Source: an uncultured Haloferula sp. (GTDB lineage: Bacteria > Verrucomicrobiota > Verrucomicrobiia > Verrucomicrobiales > Akkermansiaceae). From it: 64,000 nt of DNA. Made by a program: the position numbers and the translations under genes. The stretch lies in assembly GCA_965652295.1 (NCBI GenBank), contig CBFGTS010000002.1:160001-224000 (forward strand), given 5' to 3'. Below the pieces are notes generated by a model. That model did no database searches. It saw nothing but the letters and a program-made list of their open reading frames with translations, and was not told the origin of the DNA. The stretch's first letter is position 1; each line of letters starts with the position of its first letter. Below, piece after piece: positions 17,663 to 28,169 of the stretch.

Positions 17663-18169
17663 ATGCATTGGAACGACTATTTCCTCGATCTCTTCTCCCG
17701 CTGCGTCACCCGCTACCGCCGCGGCGACAAACATTTCGAAAGCTACTACGAAGATGAAGATCTCGAATTCCTGAGGTCGATCGGCTGCCGCAAGCGCGAA
17801 TTCTTCGATTTCGTCGAGGACTTTTGCGATGAGGACACTCCCTCCCCTACCACCGCCCTGCTGGTCGCCGCAGTGCGCCGCGACTACTTCCAGACCGTGA
17901 TGGATGGCCAGATGTCCCAGCCCACCGTCAATGCGGACAACATCCCCACCTTCGGCGACGAGTTTGACGGCATCTACTACCTCCCTAGGATTCTCGCCAA
18001 AGCCCGCGCCAAGCTCCGCGGTGAACTCGATCCCGATCTGATGTACGGCTGCGGTGGCGACCGGAAATTTCTCCGCGAAAACGGCGACGTCCACCCCGCC
18101 GATTTTCTTCGCCAGGTCTGGGCCGCAGGTGATGATGATTCCCGGGTCGTTGCTTGGCTGCGCTCCTGA
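17663..18169 (+). CDS. DUF5069-like hypothetical protein
   Basis: LPRILAKARAKLRGEL....YGCGGDRKFL motif recalled as typical of DUF5069; good codon bias. Confidence 0.65.
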   Translation: MHWNDYFLDLFSRCVTRYRRGDKHFESYYEDEDLEFLRSIGCRKREFFDFVEDFCDEDTPSPTTALLVAAVRRDYFQTVMDGQMSQPTVNADNIPTFGDEFDGIYYLPRILAKARAKLRGELDPDLMYGCGGDRKFLRENGDVHPADFLRQVWAAGDDDSRVVAWLRS

Positions 18170-18303
18170 TTTCGCGCAAAACCTCGCCCTCTACACGATC
18201 CGCCAGACAAGGCCAATGCCACTGCGCCGCTGCAAGGGAACCATCCCGCATTCCCACTGGCGCTAACAGAAACCGGTGCCATGCTGCGCCTTAACAATCG
18301 ATC

Positions 18304-19287
18304 ATGACCACGGAAGAACTTCAGGAACAGATCGCCGCGAGCAGCGGCTGGGTCCACGACGTCAAAAGCGAGATGGGCAAGGTGCTCGTCGGCCAGGAAG
18401 AACTCGTCGACCGCCTCATCGTCGGCCTCATCTGCAACGGCCACATTCTTCTCGAAGGCGTGCCCGGCCTCGCCAAAACCCTCGCCGTCAAGGCCTTGTC
18501 CGGCTCGCTCCACGCCAGCTTCGCGCGCTTCCAGTTCACGCCCGACCTGTTGCCGGCCGACCTCATCGGCACCATGGTCTACAACCCCCAGTCGGTCTCC
18601 TTTTCCGCCAAGCTGGGCCCGATCTTCAACAACCTGATCCTCGCGGACGAAATCAACCGCGCCCCCGCCAAAGTGCAGTCCGCTCTGCTGGAAGCGATGC
18701 AGGAACGCCAGGTCACGCTAGGCGACACCACCCACCGCCTTCCCGAGCCCTTCCTCGTGCTTGCCACGCAGAACCCGATCGATCAGGAAGGCACCTACCA
18801 GCTTCCCGAGGCACAGCTCGACCGCTTCCTGCTGAAAGTCAGCGTCGGCTACCCCTCGAAAGACGAGGAGCTGACCGTGCTCGATCGCATGGCCACCTCG
18901 GCTCCGGTTTACCAGACCCAGACCGTCGCCACTCCCGAGCAGGTCGCCTACTCGCGGAAAATGGTCAACGAGGTCTACATCGATCCCGCCGTGCGCGAGT
19001 ACATCGTCGACCTGATCCGCGCGACCCGCCAACCCGCCAAGATCGATCCCGGCCTCAAGCATCTCATCCGCGCCGGTGCCTCGCCGCGGGGCACCATCAA
19101 CCTCGCGCTCACCGCCCGCGCCCGCGCCTTCAGCGCCGGACGCGCCTTCGTCACGCCCCAGGATGTGAAGGACATGGCCCACGACGTCCTCCGCCACCGG
19201 ATCCTCCTCAGCTATGAAGCCGAGGCCGAGGAAATCACCACCGACCACATCCTCGACCGCATCCTCAGCAAGGTCCCGGTGCCCTGA
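18304..19287 (+). CDS. moxR: MoxR family AAA+ ATPase
   Basis: HILLEGVPGLAKT, RFQFTPDLLPADLIG, LADEINRAPAKVQSALLEAMQE, ATQNPIDQEGTY.LPEAQLDRF, GASPR. Confidence 0.96.
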   Translation: MTTEELQEQIAASSGWVHDVKSEMGKVLVGQEELVDRLIVGLICNGHILLEGVPGLAKTLAVKALSGSLHASFARFQFTPDLLPADLIGTMVYNPQSVSFSAKLGPIFNNLILADEINRAPAKVQSALLEAMQERQVTLGDTTHRLPEPFLVLATQNPIDQEGTYQLPEAQLDRFLLKVSVGYPSKDEELTVLDRMATSAPVYQTQTVATPEQVAYSRKMVNEVYIDPAVREYIVDLIRATRQPAKIDPGLKHLIRAGASPRGTINLALTARARAFSAGRAFVTPQDVKDMAHDVLRHRILLSYEAEAEEITTDHILDRILSKVPVP

Positions 19288-19343
19288 CTGGAGCGCCGGT
19301 CTTGCTCCCCCGACTCGTCGGCGCCCGACCGACATCGAGACCC

Positions 19344-20243
19344 ATGATTCACCCTACGGAAAAGGAAATCGAGGAAGTCCTTGAGCGCGTGCGCAAGCTG
19401 GAGCTCAAGGCCCGGCGGCTCGTGCGCGAGTCGTTCGCCGGCGAATACCAATCGTCCTTCCGCGGCCAAGGGCTCGATTTCGACGACTTCCGCGAGTACC
19501 AGCACGGCGACGAGATCCGCTTCATCGATTGGAACGTCACCGCCCGGATGAACCAGCCCTTCATCCGCAAGTTCCGCGAGGAGCGGGAGCTTTCGGTGAT
19601 CCTCGCCGTCGATGTCTCCGGCTCGGCCGACTACGGCAGCGTGCATTTCAGCAAACGCGAGGCCGCCGCCGAAGCCGCCGCCATCCTCGGCTTCAGCGCC
19701 CTGGGCAATGGCGACAAGGTCGGCTGCCTGGTCTTCGCCGACAAACCCCTGGTCTTCGTCCCGCCCGCCAAAGGCAACCGCCACCTGCTGCGGATGGTCC
19801 GCGAAATCCTCATCGCCCGCCCCGAAAACCCAGGCACCTCGGTCACCGCCGCCTGCGACTTTCTCATCCGCACCCTGCGCCGCCGCGCGGTGGTGTTCCT
19901 GATGTCCGACTTCTTTTCCGACGGTCTCGACAAGCCGCTCGGCAAGCTTGCCCGCAAACACGAAACGCTCGCCCTCCAAATTCTCGACCCCATTGAGGAA
20001 AAGCTCCCGCGCGCCGGCAAAGTCGTGCTGCTCGATTCCGAAACCGGGGGCGAAGTCCGGGTGAACACCCACAACGCCAACCTCCGCATGGGTTACGAAA
20101 AACTCATGCGCCGCCACCGCGAGGGCATCGCCCGTCTCTGCCGCAGGCACGGCATCGACCAGGCCGTGCTCACCACCGATCGCGACCGCCTCCGCGACCT
20201 CCACCACCTTTTGAAAAAGCGCGCCCGCAAACGCACGCGCTGA
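19344..20243 (+). CDS. DUF58 domain protein
   Basis: G.Y.S.FRGQGLDFDDFREYQ.GD..R.IDWNVTAR, EEREL, DVSGS, SDF. Confidence 0.93.
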   Translation: MIHPTEKEIEEVLERVRKLELKARRLVRESFAGEYQSSFRGQGLDFDDFREYQHGDEIRFIDWNVTARMNQPFIRKFREERELSVILAVDVSGSADYGSVHFSKREAAAEAAAILGFSALGNGDKVGCLVFADKPLVFVPPAKGNRHLLRMVREILIARPENPGTSVTAACDFLIRTLRRRAVVFLMSDFFSDGLDKPLGKLARKHETLALQILDPIEEKLPRAGKVVLLDSETGGEVRVNTHNANLRMGYEKLMRRHREGIARLCRRHGIDQAVLTTDRDRLRDLHHLLKKRARKRTR

Positions 20244-20248
20244 TCCCG

Positions 20249-20749
20249 ATGGAAAACGACGACCTCCAGCTCCGCGACCTCGCGCCGGTGGACCCGTTCC
20301 TGCCGGACTGGGTGCTGCCGTGGTGGATCTGGCTGGCTGTCGCCTTGATCGCCGCAGGGCTCATCCTGCTTGCCATTGCGATCGCTCGCCGGCCGAAAAA
20401 AGAGATCGCCGGCGAATCCGTAGCCAACCTCGCCTACCGCCGCGCTCTCGCACGGCTGGAAGCTCTCTCCGCAGACTTCCATGACGCCGTGATCGACGCT
20501 TCGTCCGCCCTCCGCGCCTATCTGTCCGAAGCCGCGGGCGATCCCTCGCTTTACGAAACCCAGGAGGAATTCAACTCCCGCGACGAAGCCCTGCGCGAGC
20601 TACCCGAAGATCTGCGTCCGAAGGTCGCCTCCTACCTCACCCAGCTCTCCGCCCTGAAATACGACAAACCCCGTAACGGGTCCGCGGCCGAGATCGCCGC
20701 GTCCGCGAGGGCGATGCTCGAGGAAATTCACCGCGCCCGCCCGGCATGA
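20249..20749 (+). CDS. membrane protein of the Bat operon (DUF4381-like)
   Basis: LRDL.P..P...WW then a TM helix, then AL..L..L; operon position between DUF58 and batA. Confidence 0.7.
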   Translation: MENDDLQLRDLAPVDPFLPDWVLPWWIWLAVALIAAGLILLAIAIARRPKKEIAGESVANLAYRRALARLEALSADFHDAVIDASSALRAYLSEAAGDPSLYETQEEFNSRDEALRELPEDLRPKVASYLTQLSALKYDKPRNGSAAEIAASARAMLEEIHRARPA

Positions 20750-21744
20750 ACGAACTCCTCACCCATTTCCGCCTCGCCCAGCCGCAATGGTTGCTGCTTT
20801 TCCTGCCTTGCATCCTGCTGCTGCTCCTGCGCCGCGGCCGCGGGTCGGAAGCGGCGGTCCGCTTCTCTTACCTCGGCGCGCTCATCAGCCTGGGTGCCAA
20901 GGTCCGCAAGACCGCCCTTTCGATCGGTCTGCCGTGGTTCTTCGTTGCGTTGGTTCCCGCCATCGTGGCCATGGCCCGACCGGTCTGGCGGAACACGCTC
21001 CAGTCGAAGTCCGCCAGCGGCATCGACATCGTCGTCGCCCTCGATGTCTCGCTTTCGATGTCCATCGACGACTTCTACTTCCAAGGCATGCCCTACCAAC
21101 GGTTGGAGGCGGCCAAAGACGTCGTCCGCGATTTCATCAAAGGGCGGCCCGACGATCGCATCGGCCTCGTGATCTATTCCGGCCAACCCTACATCTCCGG
21201 GCCGATCACCCTCGACCACGAGTGGCTTCTGAACAAGCTCTCCGAAGTCCGCCTCGAAATCCTCGAAGAGCAGGGCACCGCCATCGGCTCCGCCATCGCT
21301 GCTTCCGCTTCCAAGCTCAACGCCCGCGACGCCAAATCGAAAATCATCGTCCTGATCACCGACGGGGCTTCGAACTCCGGCAAGCTCTCGCCGCTCGAAG
21401 CCGCCGATCATGCCAAGACACTCGGCATCAAGATCTACACCGTCGCGATCGGCACCAAGGACGGCCGGGTGTCAGGCCAGATCCAACGGTTTCCCCGGCA
21501 GGAGTTCGATCTGCCTACGCTCAAGGAAATCGCTGCCCGAACCGGCGGCGAGCACTATTGGGCGCAGAACCTCGCCGAGCTGGCCGACACGTTCCAGACC
21601 ATCGACCGCCTTGAAAAATCCGAGGCGAAATCGCACACCATCGTCGAAGATACCGAGCTCTACGCCTGGTTCGCCGGGGCGGCCTGCGCGCTGACCCTCG
21701 GCGGCCTTCTCGCCATGGCCTTCCGACCTCCACCCACTCCCTGA
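20746..21744 (+). CDS. batA: VWA domain protein BatA
   Basis: F..P.WL, ARP, DVSLSM MIDAS motif, DRIGLV, P.TLDH, GTAIG, LITDG, IYTVAIG, IA..TGG. Confidence 0.9.
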   Translation: MNELLTHFRLAQPQWLLLFLPCILLLLLRRGRGSEAAVRFSYLGALISLGAKVRKTALSIGLPWFFVALVPAIVAMARPVWRNTLQSKSASGIDIVVALDVSLSMSIDDFYFQGMPYQRLEAAKDVVRDFIKGRPDDRIGLVIYSGQPYISGPITLDHEWLLNKLSEVRLEILEEQGTAIGSAIAASASKLNARDAKSKIIVLITDGASNSGKLSPLEAADHAKTLGIKIYTVAIGTKDGRVSGQIQRFPRQEFDLPTLKEIAARTGGEHYWAQNLAELADTFQTIDRLEKSEAKSHTIVEDTELYAWFAGAACALTLGGLLAMAFRPPPTP

Positions 21745-23786
21745 TGCATTTCGCGCAACCCTACTGGCTGCTTCTGATCCTGCTGGTGCCCGCCCTGGTC
21801 ACGCTGGCAGTGGTCGTCGCGCGCCTCCGTGGAAAGCAGTGGGCTCCCTTTCTTGCCTCACGTCTCCGCCAACGCCTGCTGCTGCGCGGGAATCCGATTC
21901 CGCGCTGGCTCGCCTTCTCGCTCGCACTCGCCGCACTCGTCTGCCTCGTCATCGCGCTCGCCCGGCCACAGAGCGAAGCCGGCACCCGCACCGAGTCGGT
22001 CCTCGGCCGGAACATCCTCATCGCGCTCGATCTTTCGCGCAGCATGAAGACGCCCGACCTCAAGCCGGATCGGCTGACCCAGGCGAAGGCGATGTGCTAC
22101 GAACTCCTTGAGGCACTGCCGAACGACCGCATCGGCCTCGTCGGCTTTGCGGGCACGCCCTATCTTTTCGCCCCGCTCACCGTCGATCACGCCGCCGTCC
22201 GGGAAACCGTCAGCGAGCTGGAGATCGACTGGATCCCCACCGGCGGCTCGAACCTCGCCGGAGGCTTGGAACTGGCCATCGAAACCCTCAAGAAGACCGG
22301 AACCCGTCAGAACGCGTTGATCCTCATGACTGATGGGGAGGAGCACATCGGCCGGATCGCCGACCTCGCCGCCGATGCCAAAGCGGCCGGCATCCAAGTC
22401 ATCACGATCGGCTTCGGCACGACCCCCGGCGATTTCGTGCCGGATAGCTCGAGTGCCGACGGCTATTTCCGCAACCGCCAGGGCGAGCGGATCATCAGCA
22501 AACTCGAAACCGGACCGCTCAAGCGCGTCGCCACCGTGACCGGCGGCCGTTTCGCCATCGCCACCTCCGGCTCCGATATCCCGAACATGGTCCAGGCCGC
22601 GGTGAGCGATCTCGATCAAGTCGAGCTGGAAGGACGGCGCACCACGGTCGTGGCCGATTATTTCCAGTGGGCCCTGCTGCCCGCGATCCTCGCGCTGATG
22701 GCCGCCGTCTTCGCGGGCACCCGCTGGCGCGGACTCGCCAAGACCAGCGTTCTCCCCGCCGCCTGCTGGCTTTTCTTCTCTCCCCAGCAGGTCGAAGCGC
22801 TCACCTTCTCCGAGGCTCGCGATGCTCTCGAGGCCGGCCGTTTCAGCGAAGCGGCGCAGGCCTTTGCCGGGCTCGCCGATGAAGATCCGGATACCGAAGC
22901 GGCGTATTCCTACCGTCTCGCGCAAGGCACCGCCGCCTATCGTGCCGGGGACTGGGCAACCGCCCGCCACGGCTTCAGCGAAGCTCTCCGCTCGCGCGAC
23001 GTCGCCATCCGCTCCGCCGCCCACCACGGCCTCGCCAACACCCTGTTCGAGATCGGCTGGGCACGGCTTTCCGAAGGGCCGCGTTACCCCGACCTCCCGG
23101 AAGAGCCCGAGGAAGAAGCCAAACCGCCGACCGGCTTCGAGCGCCTCTCCGATGCGATCATCGATCCACCGGCCGATGACGATGTGGGCGAAATGATCGG
23201 CTTTGAAAAAATGGTCAAACAGCGGCTCGCCGAGTGGATGGCCGAACCAACCGAGCCCGAAGTGGAATCCAATGGCTCCCGCAAATTCAACGAACTCTTG
23301 AGCGACTGGATCGATGCCGTGAAACACTACGGGGCTTCGGACTTGGAGGACGCCGCGCACAACCGTGAACTCACATTGACCTATCTGCGGAAGCTCCAGG
23401 AAATCCTCAAACAGGTGGAGGAGAACGCCCAGCAGATCCAGGCCCTGCCGATGCCCGGCCAAGGTGAGCCCCAGGAAGGTGAGGGCCAGGGCGAGGGAAG
23501 TGAAGGTGAGGGGAAAGGCGGAAAGGGCCAGGGAAACGGAAAGGGAAACCGGGATCGCGAAGACGACGGCGGTGGGGGCGAGGAAAAGCAGGACGAGCAA
23601 GGTCCCGGCGAGGAAGAGCGTGAGGAATCGACTGGCGAAAAGGACGACAAGGGCGACACTGAGCCTCGTCCGGGCGAGACCCCGGAAGAAGCCGCCGAGC
23701 GCCTGCTGCGTGAAAACGCCGATCTCCAGAAGGGTGCCCTCTCTCCCGGGCGCCGGCATTTCTCCCGACCGGAAAAAGACTGGTAA
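21744..23786 (+). CDS. batB: VWA + TPR protein (BatB-BatC-like fusion)
   Basis: DLSRSM MIDAS, P.RL..AK, DRIGLV.FAG, PLT.D, TDGE; then TPR-like helices, a G/E/K/Q-rich linker and C-terminal KDW. Confidence 0.85.
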   Translation: MHFAQPYWLLLILLVPALVTLAVVVARLRGKQWAPFLASRLRQRLLLRGNPIPRWLAFSLALAALVCLVIALARPQSEAGTRTESVLGRNILIALDLSRSMKTPDLKPDRLTQAKAMCYELLEALPNDRIGLVGFAGTPYLFAPLTVDHAAVRETVSELEIDWIPTGGSNLAGGLELAIETLKKTGTRQNALILMTDGEEHIGRIADLAADAKAAGIQVITIGFGTTPGDFVPDSSSADGYFRNRQGERIISKLETGPLKRVATVTGGRFAIATSGSDIPNMVQAAVSDLDQVELEGRRTTVVADYFQWALLPAILALMAAVFAGTRWRGLAKTSVLPAACWLFFSPQQVEALTFSEARDALEAGRFSEAAQAFAGLADEDPDTEAAYSYRLAQGTAAYRAGDWATARHGFSEALRSRDVAIRSAAHHGLANTLFEIGWARLSEGPRYPDLPEEPEEEAKPPTGFERLSDAIIDPPADDDVGEMIGFEKMVKQRLAEWMAEPTEPEVESNGSRKFNELLSDWIDAVKHYGASDLEDAAHNRELTLTYLRKLQEILKQVEENAQQIQALPMPGQGEPQEGEGQGEGSEGEGKGGKGQGNGKGNRDREDDGGGGEEKQDEQGPGEEEREESTGEKDDKGDTEPRPGETPEEAAERLLRENADLQKGALSPGRRHFSRPEKDW

Positions 23787-23793
23787 AAGACCT

Positions 23794-26244
23794 ATGACGA
23801 GATTCCTCATCCGCCTGCTGTGCCTCTGGACCGCCTCGCTCGCCGTGCTTCACGCCGAGCCGGTCAGCGCCCGGCTGAGCAGCCATTTCCTCGTTCGCGG
23901 CGAAGAAGCATGGCTCGAATACCGCCTGCCGCCGGGCGTCAGCCCCCAGTCGGCGATCACTCCGCCCTCCATCAACGGGATCAACATCCGCCAGGAAGGT
24001 CCTTTTGCCATGCGCATCCGTGGCTACGGCCGGCGGAATGATTATGCCTTCCAGTTCCGGGTTTCCAGCTATCAGCCGGGCGACTACACCATCCCCCCCG
24101 CCCGGATCGAAACCGAAAACGGCGTGATCAGCACCGAATCGGTGAATCTCCGGGTCATCCACGAAACGGAACTCGAGTGGAAAACCGCCCAGGTTGGGAA
24201 CACCACTTTCCGCTACTCCGCGGCCTTCCGCACCACGGATGCCTCGCCATTCGTCAACGAGGTGATTCCGGTGGAAATGAAGATCTACGTACCGGCCACC
24301 CAGCGCATCGAGGATTGGGGCGTGCCGGAGTTCGAGCGGGAGGGCGTCGCAGCTTGGCGTTTCGAGCCTCGTCCGGGCATCGGCCGCGCCGAGTTGCCGG
24401 GGGGAAGCTCGGGTGGGACCTACTACGCGGTCAGCTATCCCAGCACTCTCTCACCGCTCCGCGAGGGCACCGTTTCCATCGGCCCTGCCACGCTTCGTCT
24501 CATCACCATCCAAACCTCCCTCAACCGTTTCTCGATGGCCGAGTACCGGCCGGTGAATCTCGACGTGACCGGGATCGAGCTCAATGCCCGCCCGCTGCCG
24601 GAAGGCGCGCCGGAGGGTTTCGACAACGCCGTGGGACAGTTCGAGCTGTCCGTGGCGGCGGAAGAAACCGAGATCCGCGAGGGCGACCCGGTCACGCTCT
24701 CCATCATGGTCGCCGGCAGCGGCAATCTCGACTCGATCGAGCCGCCTTCCCTGAGCGACCCCGATGGCTGGAAGATCTACCCCGCCAGCCGGATCGAGAG
24801 CCCCGACCGTCGCGAGATCTCCGGCCTCACGGTGTTCCGACAATTCCTCCGACCGGAGCGGCTGATCGATCGCGTCCCTCCCTACCGCTTCGTCTATTTC
24901 GATCCCGAAGCCGAGGACTACCGCACCCTCACCAGCGAGGCGATCCCGCTGCAAGTGATGCCTTCCACCCAATCCCCGCTTCAGGGAGCGACCGTCCCTC
25001 CGGAACAGCCGGTGCCGCTTGAGGAGATGACCGACATCCTCGGCATTATTCCGTCGGCCGACCGCTTAGGTGCCGCTCGGGAAAGCTTCAACCGCCCGTG
25101 GTGGCATCTCATCCCGCTGGCGCTGGCCCTCGTCCTGCTGGCGAGAATCGTGCAACTCCACTTCGTGCCCAAGGTCCGGCCGGACCCGGACCGGGTGGCC
25201 CGCCGACGCGATCTGCGGGATCTCTCCGCGGCCTCCACAGGCGACCCGCGCACGTTCTACCGCCGGGCCGGTGCCTTCATTGAAAAATGGCTGGGCGAAA
25301 GCGATGCGCCACTCGCCCGCGAAGTCCTCGTCAGGCGCGATGAAATCTGTTTCACCAAGGAAGTGCCCGAATCCTCCATCCCCACCCGCGAGCGCCATCG
25401 CATCATCCGCGGCCTACGCAAGCTCGCCCTGCCGGTTGCCGTCATTCTGGCCGGCCTTGGCATGACCGATGGAGCCCGCGCCGAGGATCAGCAGCCTACC
25501 GCGGAGGGCGGTGCCGAGGCCGCCTACCACGAATCTCGTTTTGCCGAAGCCGCCGACCTGTGGCTTGAGTCCGCGCCTTGGGAGCGGCTTTCCGCCGACG
25601 TGCTCTACAATATCGGCAATGCCGCCTACCGGCTCGGTTCACCCGGCGAAGCCGCCCTGTTCTGGCGACGCGCCATTTTGAAGGACGGCACCCACCCGGA
25701 GGCCCAGCAGAACCTCCGCTTCCTCGAACGGAAGTTCGGGTCGATCACCGTCCGTCGCCCCGACTACCAATACGCTCTCACCAAGGTTCCGGCCCGGGCA
25801 TGGGAAAATGCCATTTGGGTCGGCACGTGGCTCGCCGGCCTCGGCCTGCTGGTTTTCCCTGCCACCCGCACCGGTGCCAGACTTCGGATCGCCGCCGTTG
25901 CCTCGCTCGTTACCGCGCCGCTCGTCGCCGCCATCGGCTGGCTGGGGCTTCACTACTATCCCGACGACGCCCGCTTCGCCAGCGCCCGCGAACAAGGCGT
26001 CATCCTGGCCGATCGCGCCGACGTCCGCACCGACGCCGCGCGCAACGCACCACTGGTGATCGAGGCTCCGGCCGGATCGCTGTGCCGCATCCTCCACACC
26101 TCCGGGGACTGGACCTACGTCGCCTTCACCAACGACACCCGCGGCTGGGTCCCGGCCGATCAGGTCGCACCGGTGATCGTGAACCAGCGTCCGCAACCGC
26201 CGAGCCGCCCGCAGTCCTCGGAAAACAACGGCAAGAATGCCTGA
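23794..26244 (+). CDS. batD: BatD family protein with C-terminal TPR/SH3 (BatE-like) region
   Basis: Signal peptide; PLP...P..F..AVGQF.L, G.GNL, F.YFDP...Y; YN.GNA.Y.LG, A..NL, GWVP SH3-like end. Confidence 0.8.
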   Translation: MTRFLIRLLCLWTASLAVLHAEPVSARLSSHFLVRGEEAWLEYRLPPGVSPQSAITPPSINGINIRQEGPFAMRIRGYGRRNDYAFQFRVSSYQPGDYTIPPARIETENGVISTESVNLRVIHETELEWKTAQVGNTTFRYSAAFRTTDASPFVNEVIPVEMKIYVPATQRIEDWGVPEFEREGVAAWRFEPRPGIGRAELPGGSSGGTYYAVSYPSTLSPLREGTVSIGPATLRLITIQTSLNRFSMAEYRPVNLDVTGIELNARPLPEGAPEGFDNAVGQFELSVAAEETEIREGDPVTLSIMVAGSGNLDSIEPPSLSDPDGWKIYPASRIESPDRREISGLTVFRQFLRPERLIDRVPPYRFVYFDPEAEDYRTLTSEAIPLQVMPSTQSPLQGATVPPEQPVPLEEMTDILGIIPSADRLGAARESFNRPWWHLIPLALALVLLARIVQLHFVPKVRPDPDRVARRRDLRDLSAASTGDPRTFYRRAGAFIEKWLGESDAPLAREVLVRRDEICFTKEVPESSIPTRERHRIIRGLRKLALPVAVILAGLGMTDGARAEDQQPTAEGGAEAAYHESRFAEAADLWLESAPWERLSADVLYNIGNAAYRLGSPGEAALFWRRAILKDGTHPEAQQNLRFLERKFGSITVRRPDYQYALTKVPARAWENAIWVGTWLAGLGLLVFPATRTGARLRIAAVASLVTAPLVAAIGWLGLHYYPDDARFASAREQGVILADRADVRTDAARNAPLVIEAPAGSLCRILHTSGDWTYVAFTNDTRGWVPADQVAPVIVNQRPQPPSRPQSSENNGKNA

Positions 26245-26286
26245 GCCGGAGTTTGCCGACTTCCCCTTCCTGAAAATCATCCGACC

Positions 26287-26877
<591 letters not shown>

Positions 26878-26924
26878 ACCAGCGTCCGCCGTTCAGTCTC
26901 CGCCTTCCGGATCCCGACCGTCTC

Positions 26925-27179
26925 ATGAAACTTCTCTTTACCCTACCCGCGGCCGCCCTGGTCCTCTCCTCCTGCCAGCCACTGGGAGGTACGGACCCGC
27001 TCGACAGCGGCGAGCTCGCCAGGGAGGCGTCCGACATTTCCACCTCCATGGAGCGTCGCGACGAAAGCCGGCTCCAGGACGAACGCTTCGACCGCTACGA
27101 TGTCAACGGCCTGCAAGTCGTCGATCCGGACCCGGAGCTGCGCGCCTTTGGCGGTGCGGACGCGCGCTCCGACTTCTGA
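26925..27179 (+). CDS. small hypothetical lipoprotein
   Basis: MKLLFTLPAAALVLSSC lipobox; 84 aa. Confidence 0.6.
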   Translation: MKLLFTLPAAALVLSSCQPLGGTDPLDSGELAREASDISTSMERRDESRLQDERFDRYDVNGLQVVDPDPELRAFGGADARSDF

Positions 27180-27182
27180 CGC

Positions 27183-27638
27183 TCACATCCCCTGCTCGCG
27201 CAGGATCTCGCTGAGCTTTTTCTGAAAATCCGCGATGTCCTTCTCGGTCGGGCGATAGCCCGGCGTGTCCGGGTCGAGCGCGGGGCGGCCATATTGGTCG
27301 ATCATCCAAATCGCCGTCCCGCCATCGGAAAAGCTCACCTTGCCGCTCACCAGCGCGCCGGGCACCGCCACGCTGTCGACGGTGACGCTGACTTCACCGG
27401 TCGGCACCGCGGCGTCAGCCGGTGCGGCTTCTTCAGCAGGTTTCACCTCCGGTTCGTCCTTCTCCTCGATGATCTCGATGTTCAGATCGAGCACCAGGAA
27501 CCGGGCATCCATGTAGGTGATCTTGATGCCATGCTCCTCATGAAGCCGCTTCTGCAAGTCGGCGATCGTCGCTCCTTCCGAAGCCCACTGGCGGAGATCG
27601 GTCTTCTGTTGATCGGTCAATTTGCTGGCGCTGAACAC
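27183..27638 (-). CDS. conserved-type hypothetical protein
   Basis: LTDQQK..L.QW..EGA....LQ.RL..E....TYMDARFLV.DL N-domain, acidic linker, beta-rich C-domain (PGALVSG.V.FSDG...W.IDQ.GR). Start uncertain. Confidence 0.7.
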   Translation of the reverse strand: MFSASKLTDQQKTDLRQWASEGATIADLQKRLHEEHGIKITYMDARFLVLDLNIEIIEEKDEPEVKPAEEAAPADAAVPTGEVSVTVDSVAVPGALVSGKVSFSDGGTAIWMIDQYGRPALDPDTPGYRPTEKDIADFQKKLSEILREQGM

Positions 27639-27690
27639 ATGCCGATTGAGGACGTTCGGCGGAGCAAGCCAAGCCCAAAGCAGCGGTAAT

Positions 27691-28128
27691 TCAGCCGTTG
27701 CCAATTCCGCGGAGGCGCGCTTCCACCGCCAAACGGAAGGCCTGACGATCGCCATGCCGTTTCACCGAGAACTTCACGCAACGCCGCTGCCCCGGCTCAG
27801 GCGACCAAGTGGCCTGCCAGAACAGGTAGGTCTCGCCGTTCGAGCTGCTGACGGAAATCCGGGACACGCCGACCACACCTGAGGAATTCCGCACCGAACG
27901 CTGGCAAATGCGGGCCACCGGCTGCGGGCCGCTGTCGAGCTTCTCCAGCATCGCATCCCGCCAGTCCAGTGCCCGGCGATACGAGCCGCGGGGTCCGCCG
28001 CAGGGACGATCTCCGAAATACTTCGCATACTTGCTGCCGCGGCGCTGCAAGCGGACCTGCCAGCCGTGGGTACTGGCATCCGGCAGGTCGATCCGGGCGA
28101 TCGCATACGTGTCCTCGGGCGTCCACAT
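27691..28128 (-). CDS. tandem AP2-domain putative DNA-binding protein
   Basis: Two repeats: I.RID....HGWQVR..R.G....KYF.D...GG......A..WRD and SGVVGVS...W.ATW......KFSV..HG...AF.LA..AR. Confidence 0.75.
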   Translation of the reverse strand: MWTPEDTYAIARIDLPDASTHGWQVRLQRRGSKYAKYFGDRPCGGPRGSYRRALDWRDAMLEKLDSGPQPVARICQRSVRNSSGVVGVSRISVSSSNGETYLFWQATWSPEPGQRRCVKFSVKRHGDRQAFRLAVEARLRGIGNG

Positions 28129-28169
28129 CGGGAAATGCTCCGGGACGTTTCCCCGAGGCCCGGGCCTTG

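Noticed and set aside
23455..23700. Purine-rich low-complexity stretch suggesting a repeat array
   Set aside because: It encodes the G/E/K/Q-rich linker typical of BatB/BatC proteins.
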